Origin: an uncultured bacterium
Lineage (GTDB): Bacteria; CAYUVA01
Length of the DNA stretch: 64,000 bases
Direction: 5' to 3'
NCBI GenBank assembly: GCA_964448115.1
Contig: CAYUVA010000017.1
Span: 1-64,000 of the forward strand
The notes below the pieces were generated by a model. It was not told the origin of the DNA. It did not search any database and worked only from the letters and a program-made list of their open reading frames with translations. Position numbers and translations under genes: made by a program. Of this stretch, positions 17,862 through 27,153 are shown piece after piece; position 1 is the first letter of the stretch, and each line of letters opens with the position of its first letter.

Positions 17862-20800
17862 ATGACAAAAATAAATCTTACCGATAAAGAAAAGGAAATC
17901 TTAATCAGCTACATCAAACAAGGTAGAGCAATACCCAAGAAATATATATACAAACTCTATGCCGACCAGGAGGATGTCTTCCTGTTCTGGAATGGTAGAA
18001 ATGAGAATGTAATAAACGCAGTCCTTCCATTCCACTCCATCGAACATATAGACGAACCCAGAGAGGATTCATCCGTCAATCCACTGCTCGACTCAATGAC
18101 CGGCAGGCAGATTAAAGGCTGGACAAACAAGCTGATCTGGGGCGACAACAAGCTGGTGCTATCATCGCTAGTCAACGGACCAATGCGCGAGGATATCGAA
18201 AGAGAAGGCGGACTCAAGCTAATCTATATAGATCCGCCGTTCGCTGTCGGAGCTGACTTCTCGCACAACATCAAAATAAACGGAGAGGATGTTACCAAGA
18301 AGCAATCGGTCATCGAGGAGATAGCCTACAGAGATACATGGGGCAGGGGGATATCTTCATACCTGACAATGATGTACGAGAGATTGAAGCTCATGCACCA
18401 ACTGCTCGCAGAGGATGGGAGTATTTATGTGCACATAGATTGGAGAATCAATATCTATATGAGGTTGATACTAGATGATATCTTTGGCAAATATAATTTC
18501 AACAGAGAGATTACATGGAATACAGGATGGCCATTAGGATTTAAAACCTCTACAGATAATTGGATAAAACAACATGATACAATCTTTTATTATAGGAGAA
18601 ATAATAATTATTATATTTTTAATAAGCAATATATTCCGTATGAGATAGATTACCAAAAACGAGCTAGGAAGGATCCTGATGGGAGATTATGGGTTGATCA
18701 AAGTTTGGGTTATATCTCTGATGAAAAATTAGAACAAATGAAAAAAGAAGGAAGAGTTTTCCGGACCAAGAGAGGTGGCTGGAGGAAAAAACAATATTTG
18801 GATGAGATGCCGGGATTAATGGTTGGTGATATATGGACAGATATTGATCCTATAAATTCACAAGCATCTGAGAACCTCTTTTTCCCCACCCAAAAGCCTG
18901 AAGCTCTTTTAGAGCGTATCATCAAGGCATCCTCTAATGAGGGTGATCTGGTAGCTGATTTTTTCTGTGTTGCTGCGGGGACGAGAGTGTTGGTGCAATC
19001 CCCCACCCCAGCCCTCCCCGTGAACGGGGAGGGAGCAGATTCCCCCCCGTTCACGGGGGGGATCAAGGGGGGGGGATATTCCCCCCCGTTCACGGGGGGG
19101 ATCAAGGGGGGGGGATATTCCCCCCCGTTCACGGGGGGGATCAAGGGGGGGGATATTGCCCCCCGTTCACGGGAGGGATCAAGGGGGGGGATATTTCCCC
19201 CCCGTTCACGGGAGGGATCAAGGGGGGGGATATTTCCCCCCCGTTCACGGGGGGGATTAAGGGGGGGGATACTCCCCCCCCCACATTCCAACGAAAACAT
19301 ATACCTCCTCAACATAGAACAAATCCAACCTGGCGACTATGTTTTTTCGCATGATGGTTTTGCCCATAAAGTTATCAGAACAATCTCAAGGCAATACAAA
19401 GGATTGATGATCGGCATAAAACATAATCTAACTGATTCCACGCTTTGGTTAACGGCAGATCATAAGGTTTTAGCAAAAATTCGCCCTCGTACTTTAGGCG
19501 GAAAGCGTGATTGGAGTGCTGGTCCAATTGAAAATCTGGATCGTAGAAAAAAGCTGAGGAATAAGGCAACTGAAACTGAGAGGCTTTTATGGAAAAGAAT
19601 ATGCAGCAGACAATTGGGTTATAAATTTCGAAGACAACATCCAATTGGACCGTATATTGCTGATTTTTATTGTCGAGATGCCCATTTGGTAGTCGAACTT
19701 GATGGAGATTCACATTTTACCCCTGAATCGAAAGTTTATGATAACGAGCGAGATTTGTACATGGAATCACTTGGCATAGAAGTGATACGGATAAATAATT
19801 CAGAGGTAAAACATAACATTGAGGGAGTACTTCAAGTGCTTTATTCTAAATGTGTTGAGAGATGTGAATCAAAAGAAGATGCCAAATGGGTCGAAGCACG
19901 CAATCTTAAGCCTGGTGATTTAGTTTTTTGGGGAATTGAGCAAGAGTCATTAGAAATCAAGTCGATTGAAAGGAAATACACTGAAGAATGTGTTTATGAT
20001 ATTGAAGTGAATGATTCGCACTCATTCATTACCGATGTTTGTACGGTTCATAATTGCGGTTCAGGGACTACAGCAGCAGTGGCAGAGAAGCTGGGTCGCA
20101 AGTGGATCGCTTGTGATCTGGGACGCTTTGCCATACATACGACACGAAAACGAATGATTCAAGTCCAGCGCGAACTGAAGGCGGAAGGTAAGAATTTCCG
20201 CGCCTTTGAGGTGCTGAATCTAGGTAAATATGAGCGTCAGTTTTTTATGGGGATACCCGCCGATATACCCAAGGATCAACAGGAACAACTTCTTGCGGAA
20301 AAAGAAGAAAAGTATATCAAACTCGTATTGGAGGGTTACTCTGCACAACCGATCAAAGGTTATCGATTATTGCATGGTAAAAAATCAAATCGAATGGTTC
20401 ATGTCGGTCCTCTAAGCGTCCCAGTAACTAAAACATTGGTTGAAGAAATCTTCAACGAATGCAAAGAAAAACTTGTAACTCAGGTCGATGTACTCGGATT
20501 CGAGTTCGAGATGGGATTAGTTCCATTCATACAAGATGAGCTACAAAAAGAAGGAGTTTCAGTCAGATTCAGGAGCATACCAAGGGAAGTTTTCGATAAA
20601 AGAGCAGTGGAAAAAGGACAAGTCAAATTTTACGATGTTGCTTATCTTGAAGTACAACCTCATATCATCGGTCGAAAAGTCAAAATTGAGCTAACTAATT
20701 TCGTAACTAATTATACGCAAGATGATCTGGAAGAGTTGGAGAAGAGTCTTAAAAAAGGCAGTTCTAAGGTAATAATTGAAGATGGAAAAATTATCAAATT

Positions 20801-21128
20801 GAGCAAGGATAAAAATGGAATTCTGCAAAGAGAACTTTTAACTGATAACTGGGTAGATTGGATTGACTATTGGGCGGTTGATTTCGATTATCAAAATAAA
20901 AAAGAGATTATCCGAATAGGTAAGAATGGAGCAGATAAAGAAATATGGACAGGTAATTATATATTTGAAAATGAATGGCAATCTTTCAGAACAAAAAAGA
21001 ATCCAAATATTGAACTTATAACTTCCTCACATCTTTATGACAAACCTGGGAATTATAAAATTCTTGTAAAAGTGGTGGATATCTTAGGCATTGATACCTC
21101 AAAGATAATTGAGATCAATCTTGTTTAG
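17862..21128 (+). CDS. mod: Type III-like Mod subunit, beta-class amino-methyltransferase, intein-containing
   Basis: NKLIWGDN, motif IV LIYIDPPF, PTQKPEALLERII, motif I DFF/CGSGTT split by an intein; predicted spliced product 725 aa. Confidence 0.9.
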   Translation: MTKINLTDKEKEILISYIKQGRAIPKKYIYKLYADQEDVFLFWNGRNENVINAVLPFHSIEHIDEPREDSSVNPLLDSMTGRQIKGWTNKLIWGDNKLVLSSLVNGPMREDIEREGGLKLIYIDPPFAVGADFSHNIKINGEDVTKKQSVIEEIAYRDTWGRGISSYLTMMYERLKLMHQLLAEDGSIYVHIDWRINIYMRLILDDIFGKYNFNREITWNTGWPLGFKTSTDNWIKQHDTIFYYRRNNNYYIFNKQYIPYEIDYQKRARKDPDGRLWVDQSLGYISDEKLEQMKKEGRVFRTKRGGWRKKQYLDEMPGLMVGDIWTDIDPINSQASENLFFPTQKPEALLERIIKASSNEGDLVADFFCVAAGTRVLVQSPTPALPVNGEGADSPPFTGGIKGGGYSPPFTGGIKGGGYSPPFTGGIKGGDIAPRSREGSRGGIFPPRSREGSRGGIFPPRSRGGLRGGILPPPHSNENIYLLNIEQIQPGDYVFSHDGFAHKVIRTISRQYKGLMIGIKHNLTDSTLWLTADHKVLAKIRPRTLGGKRDWSAGPIENLDRRKKLRNKATETERLLWKRICSRQLGYKFRRQHPIGPYIADFYCRDAHLVVELDGDSHFTPESKVYDNERDLYMESLGIEVIRINNSEVKHNIEGVLQVLYSKCVERCESKEDAKWVEARNLKPGDLVFWGIEQESLEIKSIERKYTEECVYDIEVNDSHSFITDVCTVHNCGSGTTAAVAEKLGRKWIACDLGRFAIHTTRKRMIQVQRELKAEGKNFRAFEVLNLGKYERQFFMGIPADIPKDQQEQLLAEKEEKYIKLVLEGYSAQPIKGYRLLHGKKSNRMVHVGPLSVPVTKTLVEEIFNECKEKLVTQVDVLGFEFEMGLVPFIQDELQKEGVSVRFRSIPREVFDKRAVEKGQVKFYDVAYLEVQPHIIGRKVKIELTNFVTNYTQDDLEELEKSLKKGSSKVIIEDGKIIKLSKDKNGILQRELLTDNWVDWIDYWAVDFDYQNKKEIIRIGKNGADKEIWTGNYIFENEWQSFRTKKNPNIELITSSHLYDKPGNYKILVKVVDILGIDTSKIIEINLV
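18999..19282 (+). repeat. In-frame poly-C/poly-G hairpin array inside the intein (one inverted unit plus six ~39-bp tandem units)
   Basis: Unit TCCCCCCCG-TTCA-CGGGGGGG-ATCAA-G8/9-ATAT starting at 19041, 19080, 19119, 19157 and onward; preceded by the inverted form CCCTCCCCG-TGAA-CGGGGAGGG. Confidence 0.92.
19542..19850 (+). other. DUF559 (Vsr-like) endonuclease domain within the intein
   Basis: RRKKLRNKATETERLLWKRI..LGYKFRRQHPIGPYIADFYC..LVVELDGDSH..YDNERDLYMESLGIEVIRINNSEV..NIEGVL. Confidence 0.9.
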
Positions 21129-21210
21129 ATAATCCTATAAAAGATATGATTCGACGGAGACTCAACATCTATTAGATGTCTCCTTATGGAAAACGGGTAT
21201 TTTTCAAGTC

Positions 21211-22911
21211 ATGACTATGAGCAAAGTTATTAAGATCACCGATCTTGGATTTAGGTATCGAAACACGACCGAGTTTGCTATAGATAATATCTCCCTTGAA
21301 GTTGAGCCTGGAGAGCTGGTGGTTATCATGGGGCATGGTGGTGCAGGTAAATCTTCCTTCTGTTTCTGTCTAAATAGGATTATCCCTTGTATCTTACAAG
21401 GAGAGCTAAAAGGAAGCATTATTCTTCAAGGCGAGTCTATAGAAAAAAGTCAACCACATGACCTGACCGGACAGGTAGGCATCGTATTCCAGGACTTCGA
21501 GGTTCAGCTTATATCGGTCAGCGTTGCCCAAGAGGTCGCATTCCCCTTGGAGAATCTCGGCATAGAGCGTTCCGAGATGCTCAAACGGATCAAGGAATCA
21601 CTGGAAAAAGTCGATCTGGTCGGATATGATGACAGGACACCGACCACCCTATCCGGGGGACAGAAGCAGAGACTGGCCATCGCCTCTGTGCTCGCCACCC
21701 ATCCGCGGCTCCTTATCCTCGATGAGCCGACCACAGATCTCGATCCGCTCGGTAAAAGCCATATCTTCGAGATCGCCTCCAGGCTGAAGGGACATCAAAC
21801 AATAATCATCGTAGAACATGAGACCGAGAAGATCATCGGTGCTGATCGACTGATCATCTTTCATCAGGGCAAGCTTCACGCACAAGGGAAGCCTCGACGA
21901 TTGCTGGCTGATACCAGGATGCTCGTGGATTGCGGCATAAAGCCGCTTGAGGTCATAGAGATAGCAGAACTTCTTGGATTAGATGCCTCACCCATCACGG
22001 TCGATGAGTGCTGCCGGAAGCTTAAAGCGGGCAATGTCTCGCTTGATATGGAGAAATTCAAAGAGCTGAGGGCTAAAGAGCGCCAGGTTATAGACAACTA
22101 CGGCGAAGAGGTGATCAACATCTCGAATTTGAGTTACAGATACCAGGACACATCGCAACCTGCCTTAAATGGCATTGATTTGACAGTTCGCCGGGGCGAG
22201 TTCATCGCCATTTTAGGACAGAATGGCAGCGGCAAGACTACGCTAGCAAAGTTGATGAACGGGCTTTTGCGACCTGAGGCTGACAGGGTTATGGTCATGG
22301 GAGAAGATGCATCAACAGCAGGTCTTCGTCGTCTGTGTCAGCATGTCGGGTATGTGTTCCAGAACCCTGACCACCAACTGTTTGCCCGCACCGTCTGGGA
22401 GGAGGTCTCCTTTGCTCCACGCATGTTCGGGCAGGACGAAAAGCAGATCGAGGAGTCGGTCAAGCTCGCCCTTGTTAGCGTAAAGATGCTGGAATACAAG
22501 GACAAAGATCCTCTATCGCTTCCCAAGGGGATGCGCCAACGAGTGGCAGTTGCATCAATACTAGCATCGCAGCCTGAGATAATAATTCTCGATGAACCGA
22601 CCACCGGCTTGGACTACAATCAACTCAACTCAATGATGGAGCTTATTAGCAGTCAAAACCACTGCGGCAGAACCATCATTATGATCACGCATAGCGTATG
22701 GGTTGCAGCCAGGTGGGCACATCGGATCTTGATAATGAATCAGGGGCGAATTATCGCTGACGGCAGCCCCAGAGATATACTTGCTGATTTTGAGCTGCTA
22801 AAAGAGACAAGCTTGGAGGCTCCGGACTCTGTATTAGTATCGCAAGGATTATTCAAAGAGACGCTGTTATCGCCTGTCGAATTCAAGATGGTCTGTCGTG
22901 TTGAGAGCTGA
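21211..22911 (+). CDS. ecfA: Energy-coupling-factor transporter ATPase (two fused ABC domains)
   Basis: Two Walker A motifs (GHGGAGKS, GQNGSGKTT), LSGGQKQR, DEPTT twice, VFQNPDHQLF. Confidence 0.88.
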   Translation: MTMSKVIKITDLGFRYRNTTEFAIDNISLEVEPGELVVIMGHGGAGKSSFCFCLNRIIPCILQGELKGSIILQGESIEKSQPHDLTGQVGIVFQDFEVQLISVSVAQEVAFPLENLGIERSEMLKRIKESLEKVDLVGYDDRTPTTLSGGQKQRLAIASVLATHPRLLILDEPTTDLDPLGKSHIFEIASRLKGHQTIIIVEHETEKIIGADRLIIFHQGKLHAQGKPRRLLADTRMLVDCGIKPLEVIEIAELLGLDASPITVDECCRKLKAGNVSLDMEKFKELRAKERQVIDNYGEEVINISNLSYRYQDTSQPALNGIDLTVRRGEFIAILGQNGSGKTTLAKLMNGLLRPEADRVMVMGEDASTAGLRRLCQHVGYVFQNPDHQLFARTVWEEVSFAPRMFGQDEKQIEESVKLALVSVKMLEYKDKDPLSLPKGMRQRVAVASILASQPEIIILDEPTTGLDYNQLNSMMELISSQNHCGRTIIMITHSVWVAARWAHRILIMNQGRIIADGSPRDILADFELLKETSLEAPDSVLVSQGLFKETLLSPVEFKMVCRVES

Positions 22912-23669
22912 TGGATATTTTCCTGTACAGGTCGGTCGATAGTTTCTATCATGGTCTCGATCCGCGCACCAAGATGCTGCTTGTCGCCGGTGGACTGGTA
23001 TTGTTTCTGTTCAGTTATGATCTTCTGTATATAATTATTCTAAGCATCCTAACCGCAATCTGCCTGGTGATGACCAAGGCATACCAAAATTTGCGCCGGG
23101 TATGGTTCATCCTGGTTACTATCGCTGTGTTTACCATGTTAATCTGGAGCACAATAACCCCTGGCGAAAAGGTTATCTGGCGCTTCATAACCGAAGAGTC
23201 GGTAATATTTGCCACTATGACCACGCTGAAGATCGTTTTCATGATACTCTGGGGCTTGGTATTTCTTAGCACCACCCGCAACGAGGAGATAATCTTCGGC
23301 TTAGTCAAGGTAAGAATCCCCTATCCGCTTGCCTTTGCCTTCAGCACCGCGCTTCGGCTGGTGCCGACATTCCTAGGCGCTGGAGCAACCGTAGCCCAGG
23401 CACAACGATCTCGCGGACTCGAGCTTGGCAGCGGCAATATCTTTCAACGAATCAAAAGATACATTCCCTTGCTAGCTCCCATATTCCTCATCTCATTGCG
23501 CAATACGGATCAGCTTGCAATGGCTCTGGAGTCCAAGGGGTTTGGCAGGAAGGGAAAGCGAACCTTTTACCTTGAATCTCGATTTGGATATAGGGACTTG
23601 GTTGCACTATTTTTATTTGCACTTGTTGCTCTCATGCCGTTGATTATTGAAAAACTAAGAGTACTCTAA
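22911..23669 (+). CDS. ecfT: ECF transporter transmembrane component T
   Basis: LDPRTK, ALRLVP, AQRSRG, AMALESKGF motifs; coupled to the ATPase gene. Confidence 0.9.
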   Translation: MDIFLYRSVDSFYHGLDPRTKMLLVAGGLVLFLFSYDLLYIIILSILTAICLVMTKAYQNLRRVWFILVTIAVFTMLIWSTITPGEKVIWRFITEESVIFATMTTLKIVFMILWGLVFLSTTRNEEIIFGLVKVRIPYPLAFAFSTALRLVPTFLGAGATVAQAQRSRGLELGSGNIFQRIKRYIPLLAPIFLISLRNTDQLAMALESKGFGRKGKRTFYLESRFGYRDLVALFLFALVALMPLIIEKLRVL

Positions 23670-26053
23670 AATGCACCCTTGCCTAGAATTACCATCGGGA
23701 TAGTCTTTAAGAGTATAATAATATCGAGCAGTATCGACTGGTTTTTTATGTAGTAGAAGTCATACTGCAGGTTATCTGCCAATGGTCTCTCTTTCCTGCC
23801 CAGTATCTGCCATAGCCCGGTTACTCCTGGCTTTACTTCGAGGCGTTTCAACTGCCACTTGTCGTATTTCTCTACAATCTGGGGCATCTCTGGCCTGGGA
23901 CCGACCAGGCTCATATCCCCTTTAAGGACATTGATTAGCTGTGGCAGCTCATCAAGGCTGGTGCGGCGAAGATAAGCTCCGAATTGGGTGATGCGAGAGT
24001 CGCACTTGTCGTTGGGCGCATCCTGGTAGGGATCGCAGTCAACTGTCATGGTGCGGAACTTGATTATCCTGAAAGGCTTTCCCTTGTAGCCTATGCGAGT
24101 ATGAATGAAGAAGACAGGACCTGGGCTGTCTCGCTTGATTAAATATGCGATGATTAGCCAGAAGGGAAGGCTAAGCAGCAATAATACAAGTGAAATGATT
24201 ATGTCCATGAATCTCTTTACTGCTTTCCTGAAAAAGCCGAATTTGCGAGATGCCAGGTCAACGACCGGGATGTTTCCCGCTCGCTCTAGGGTAATATTGC
24301 TGGTAATTATGTCGAACAGGTCACTTACTATCTTGAAGCTGACCCGCGCTTCCTCGCAAGATACTACTATGTTGAGTATCTCCTTGTGGGGGAGAGCCGG
24401 CTTGGCGATGAGCACCTCGTCAATGGCGTTGGAGCGGATTACATCGAGCAACTCATCCGTACTTCCCAGTATCTTTACTCCAGGTAGTACCTCGCTGTCC
24501 TTCTGGCAGCCATCGTCCACGAAGCCAACTATATGATATCCGAGTGCGGTCTCCTTGACCATCTGGTTATAGACCACCTTGCCGGTTTCACCGGCACCGA
24601 GAATCACGGCTCGAATAGCATTGTATCCCTTTTGGAGCATGTTTTGTTGCAGGTTGCGGATAAAATGCCTGAAGATATTGGTGATCACCATTGAATTGAA
24701 CCAGAACAACACGATCATCGGTCGCGAGAACTCGAACTTAATTAGAAACGAGCCGGTAACTACGGTGAGCGTTACCAGGCTGCAAGCCTTTATCACCTGC
24801 AGATACTCGATGAGTCGGCTCATGCTCCTGCCCGATGTATAAAGGTGCATAAAAGCAAAGATGGTAAGCCAGAAAGCCATTACGAAAGGAAAGAGGATCA
24901 CATATACCTTAAGCGGATGCTCGAAGGGAGGCAGTTGATCCTGGAAGAAGATGACCAACAAGACCGACCGCATCCAGTAAGCGCCGAAGTATGATATCGC
25001 ACAAGAGACGATGTCAGCGAGGATAAGCAGCGTGGGGAAAAGCAGATCTTCCTTGGAGCGAGAGAGCGTTCCGGCAGCTACTCCAACCGCAAAGACAACC
25101 GAGCGAAGAAATATGAACCCCGGCGCCACCAAGGCTACCTTGGGATCTCGTTTTAACGCCTTGATAACCAGCGGTATAGTGCTGAGCAGGAATATCGCAG
25201 CCGAGAAGAGAAACACCTTGAACCAAAAACTACTCAGGATGCTTAATGCAAGTGCTATAAGAGCAATAAAAGCTAATAGGATCTGCAACTTTAGCGTCTG
25301 AGGCGTGTATGAATCCTGCAGCACCTTTGATGGATATCGCTTATAGACCATCAGCCTCCAGTAGGCACGGAGAAATTTGACCCGCAAATACTCTTTTAGG
25401 GTCGATGGATGCTGGTGATAAACGATCGCCTTTGGATTGAAGACCATCCGATAGCCCTTATTGGATAGCTTGTATGACAGATCCACATCCTCATTGTTAG
25501 CTACCGGAAAATGGGGGTCGAAGCCGCCGACGGATAGATAAGCCTCCTTATCGAAGCCGGCGCTGTGTGAATCAACGAAGTCTATATTATCACGCCTCTT
25601 GAGTAGATCATATCGATCCTCGAACTCTATCTGGGCAAAGCGAGCTGCAAGCTGATCCTGATGCGTCCTGTAGATCCCCTTCACGCCGATCGCTTGACCT
25701 TCCAGTATCGGCTTGGAGAGCTGCTCGACCCAGTGAAAATCAGGCTGGCAGTCAGCGTCGGTGAACAGGATCACTCTGCCTTTGGATATCTTGACCCCGT
25801 TATTGCGTGCGGCTGCGGGACCTTGATTATCCTGGCAGATAAGCTTCACCCAACTGAATTGCTTGACCATCTCGGTTGTGCCATCGGTGGAGCCGTCATC
25901 GACCACGATCACCTCGTATTTATCAGCCGGGAAGCTCTGCTCGGAAAGGGCACTAAGGCATGCGTTTATATGCTCAACCTCGTTATAGGCAGGGATGATG
26001 ACTGAGACAAGCACCTCGTTTTTATCAATCTCGTTTTGCTCCAGGTCGCTCAT
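23666..26053 (-). CDS. Fusion of a GT2 glycosyltransferase and a WcaJ/WbaP-like polyprenyl-phosphate sugar phosphotransferase
   Basis: N-terminal [23 protein letters not shown]; middle ILGAG..GFVDD; C-terminal [46 protein letters not shown]. Confidence 0.88.
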   Translation of the reverse strand: MSDLEQNEIDKNEVLVSVIIPAYNEVEHINACLSALSEQSFPADKYEVIVVDDGSTDGTTEMVKQFSWVKLICQDNQGPAAARNNGVKISKGRVILFTDADCQPDFHWVEQLSKPILEGQAIGVKGIYRTHQDQLAARFAQIEFEDRYDLLKRRDNIDFVDSHSAGFDKEAYLSVGGFDPHFPVANNEDVDLSYKLSNKGYRMVFNPKAIVYHQHPSTLKEYLRVKFLRAYWRLMVYKRYPSKVLQDSYTPQTLKLQILLAFIALIALALSILSSFWFKVFLFSAAIFLLSTIPLVIKALKRDPKVALVAPGFIFLRSVVFAVGVAAGTLSRSKEDLLFPTLLILADIVSCAISYFGAYWMRSVLLVIFFQDQLPPFEHPLKVYVILFPFVMAFWLTIFAFMHLYTSGRSMSRLIEYLQVIKACSLVTLTVVTGSFLIKFEFSRPMIVLFWFNSMVITNIFRHFIRNLQQNMLQKGYNAIRAVILGAGETGKVVYNQMVKETALGYHIVGFVDDGCQKDSEVLPGVKILGSTDELLDVIRSNAIDEVLIAKPALPHKEILNIVVSCEEARVSFKIVSDLFDIITSNITLERAGNIPVVDLASRKFGFFRKAVKRFMDIIISLVLLLLSLPFWLIIAYLIKRDSPGPVFFIHTRIGYKGKPFRIIKFRTMTVDCDPYQDAPNDKCDSRITQFGAYLRRTSLDELPQLINVLKGDMSLVGPRPEMPQIVEKYDKWQLKRLEVKPGVTGLWQILGRKERPLADNLQYDFYYIKNQSILLDIIILLKTIPMVILGKGAF

Positions 26054-26143
26054 GACATGATATACTAATCCTGATGGTTATGGAGTATAGATAAATGCAC
26101 TCCGGTTGACAAGAATGTCATTACCTTGTGAGCCTGGCGAATG

Positions 26144-27067
26144 CTAGTGAGGAACTCGGAAGTACTCGGCGGTTTTCTTAATTCCCTCGCTTAATCTTAC
26201 CCTTGGCTCCCAGCCAACAAGGTCCTTAATCTTCTGGTAAGATACCGAGCTGGTGCGCAGGTCGCCGGGTCTTTCGGGTCCATAAATAGGATTTTTCTTA
26301 AAGCCGGTTGCCTCCCCAATGGCATCATAGAGCTGGCGATTAGTTGTGGTTATCCCAGTTCCCACATTGAAGGCTTGATTGTCTCCCTTATCTATACACA
26401 AAACATTCGCCTGCACCACATCATCGACATATACATAGTCCCTTGAATGCAAGCCATCGCCATTTATGGTCGGTGTCTCCGCGGCGAGCATTTTCTTGGT
26501 AAATATTGCGACCACTCCAGCCTCGCCGTGGGGATCTTGCCTGGGTCCATAGACATTGGCATAGCGAAGCGAGGTGTATCTCAAGCCGTATTGCATCTGG
26601 TAGTATGGCAGGTAATACTCGATGGCTATCTTGGAGATACCGTAAGGAGACAAGCCGGATAAAGGCATCTCCTCAGTTGCCGGCCAGGATGGTGCATTGC
26701 CGTAAACAGTACCTCCCGAGGATGCAAAGATGATCTTTCTCACCTCGTACTTGACGCAACTCTCCAGGATATTCAATGTCCCGCATACATTGATATCTGC
26801 ATCTTCTACCGGGAAGCGCACCGAGTATGCCACCGACATCTGGGCTGCGAGATGAAATACCACCTGGAAGCGATGGCGCATGAAGATCTGCTCGATCGCT
26901 ACATCACGGATATCCATCTCGTAGAATTCAGCCTTTGGATTGACATTCTCCAGCTTGCCTGAGGAAAGATTGTCCAGTATAGCGACCCGGTATCCAAGCT
27001 CAACAAGGCGATCAGCCAGATGTGAGCCGATAAAGCCAGCGCCACCAGTTACCAGAACAGGAAACAT
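26144..27067 (-). CDS. NAD-dependent epimerase/dehydratase (UDP-glucose 4-epimerase-like)
   Basis: VTGGAGFIGSH, HLAAQ, SSGGTVYG, YGISK, RYANVYGPRQ; start set at ATG 27067 behind an AGGA RBS. Confidence 0.9.
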   Translation of the reverse strand: MFPVLVTGGAGFIGSHLADRLVELGYRVAILDNLSSGKLENVNPKAEFYEMDIRDVAIEQIFMRHRFQVVFHLAAQMSVAYSVRFPVEDADINVCGTLNILESCVKYEVRKIIFASSGGTVYGNAPSWPATEEMPLSGLSPYGISKIAIEYYLPYYQMQYGLRYTSLRYANVYGPRQDPHGEAGVVAIFTKKMLAAETPTINGDGLHSRDYVYVDDVVQANVLCIDKGDNQAFNVGTGITTTNRQLYDAIGEATGFKKNPIYGPERPGDLRTSSVSYQKIKDLVGWEPRVRLSEGIKKTAEYFRVPH

Positions 27068-27153
27068 ATCAACCATCCTTCGAGCTGGTAATAACAAGCC
27101 CCTGTCTTACCAGGGGCTTCAATAAGACCAGCCTTGTAAGGTAGATGAACCTT

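Larger units (their letters stand above)
18966..20054 (+). mobile_element. Intein (363 aa, residues 369-731 of Mod) carrying a DUF559/Vsr-like endonuclease
   Basis: Block A CVAAGTRVLV, IEQIQPGDYVFSHDG, block B LTADHKV, WVEARNLKPGDLV, block F VYDIEVNDSHSF, block G TVHN followed by +1 Cys; removal restores DFFCGSGTT. Confidence 0.92.

Noticed and set aside
19041-19272. Possible CRISPR or assembly artefact for the 39-bp units
   Set aside because: There are no spacers. The units carry distinct variants (GGGAGGG, ATTAA, G8 vs G9) and the ORF stays open to a correct intein end, which argues for real sequence, though long reads are needed to be sure.
18710-19315. 201-aa antisense ORF over the intein repeats
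   Set aside because: A shadow ORF caused by stop-poor G/C repeats opposite a well-supported gene.
21211-23669. ECF module lacking an S component
   Set aside because: Ordinary for shared (group II) ECF modules; S components are often encoded elsewhere.
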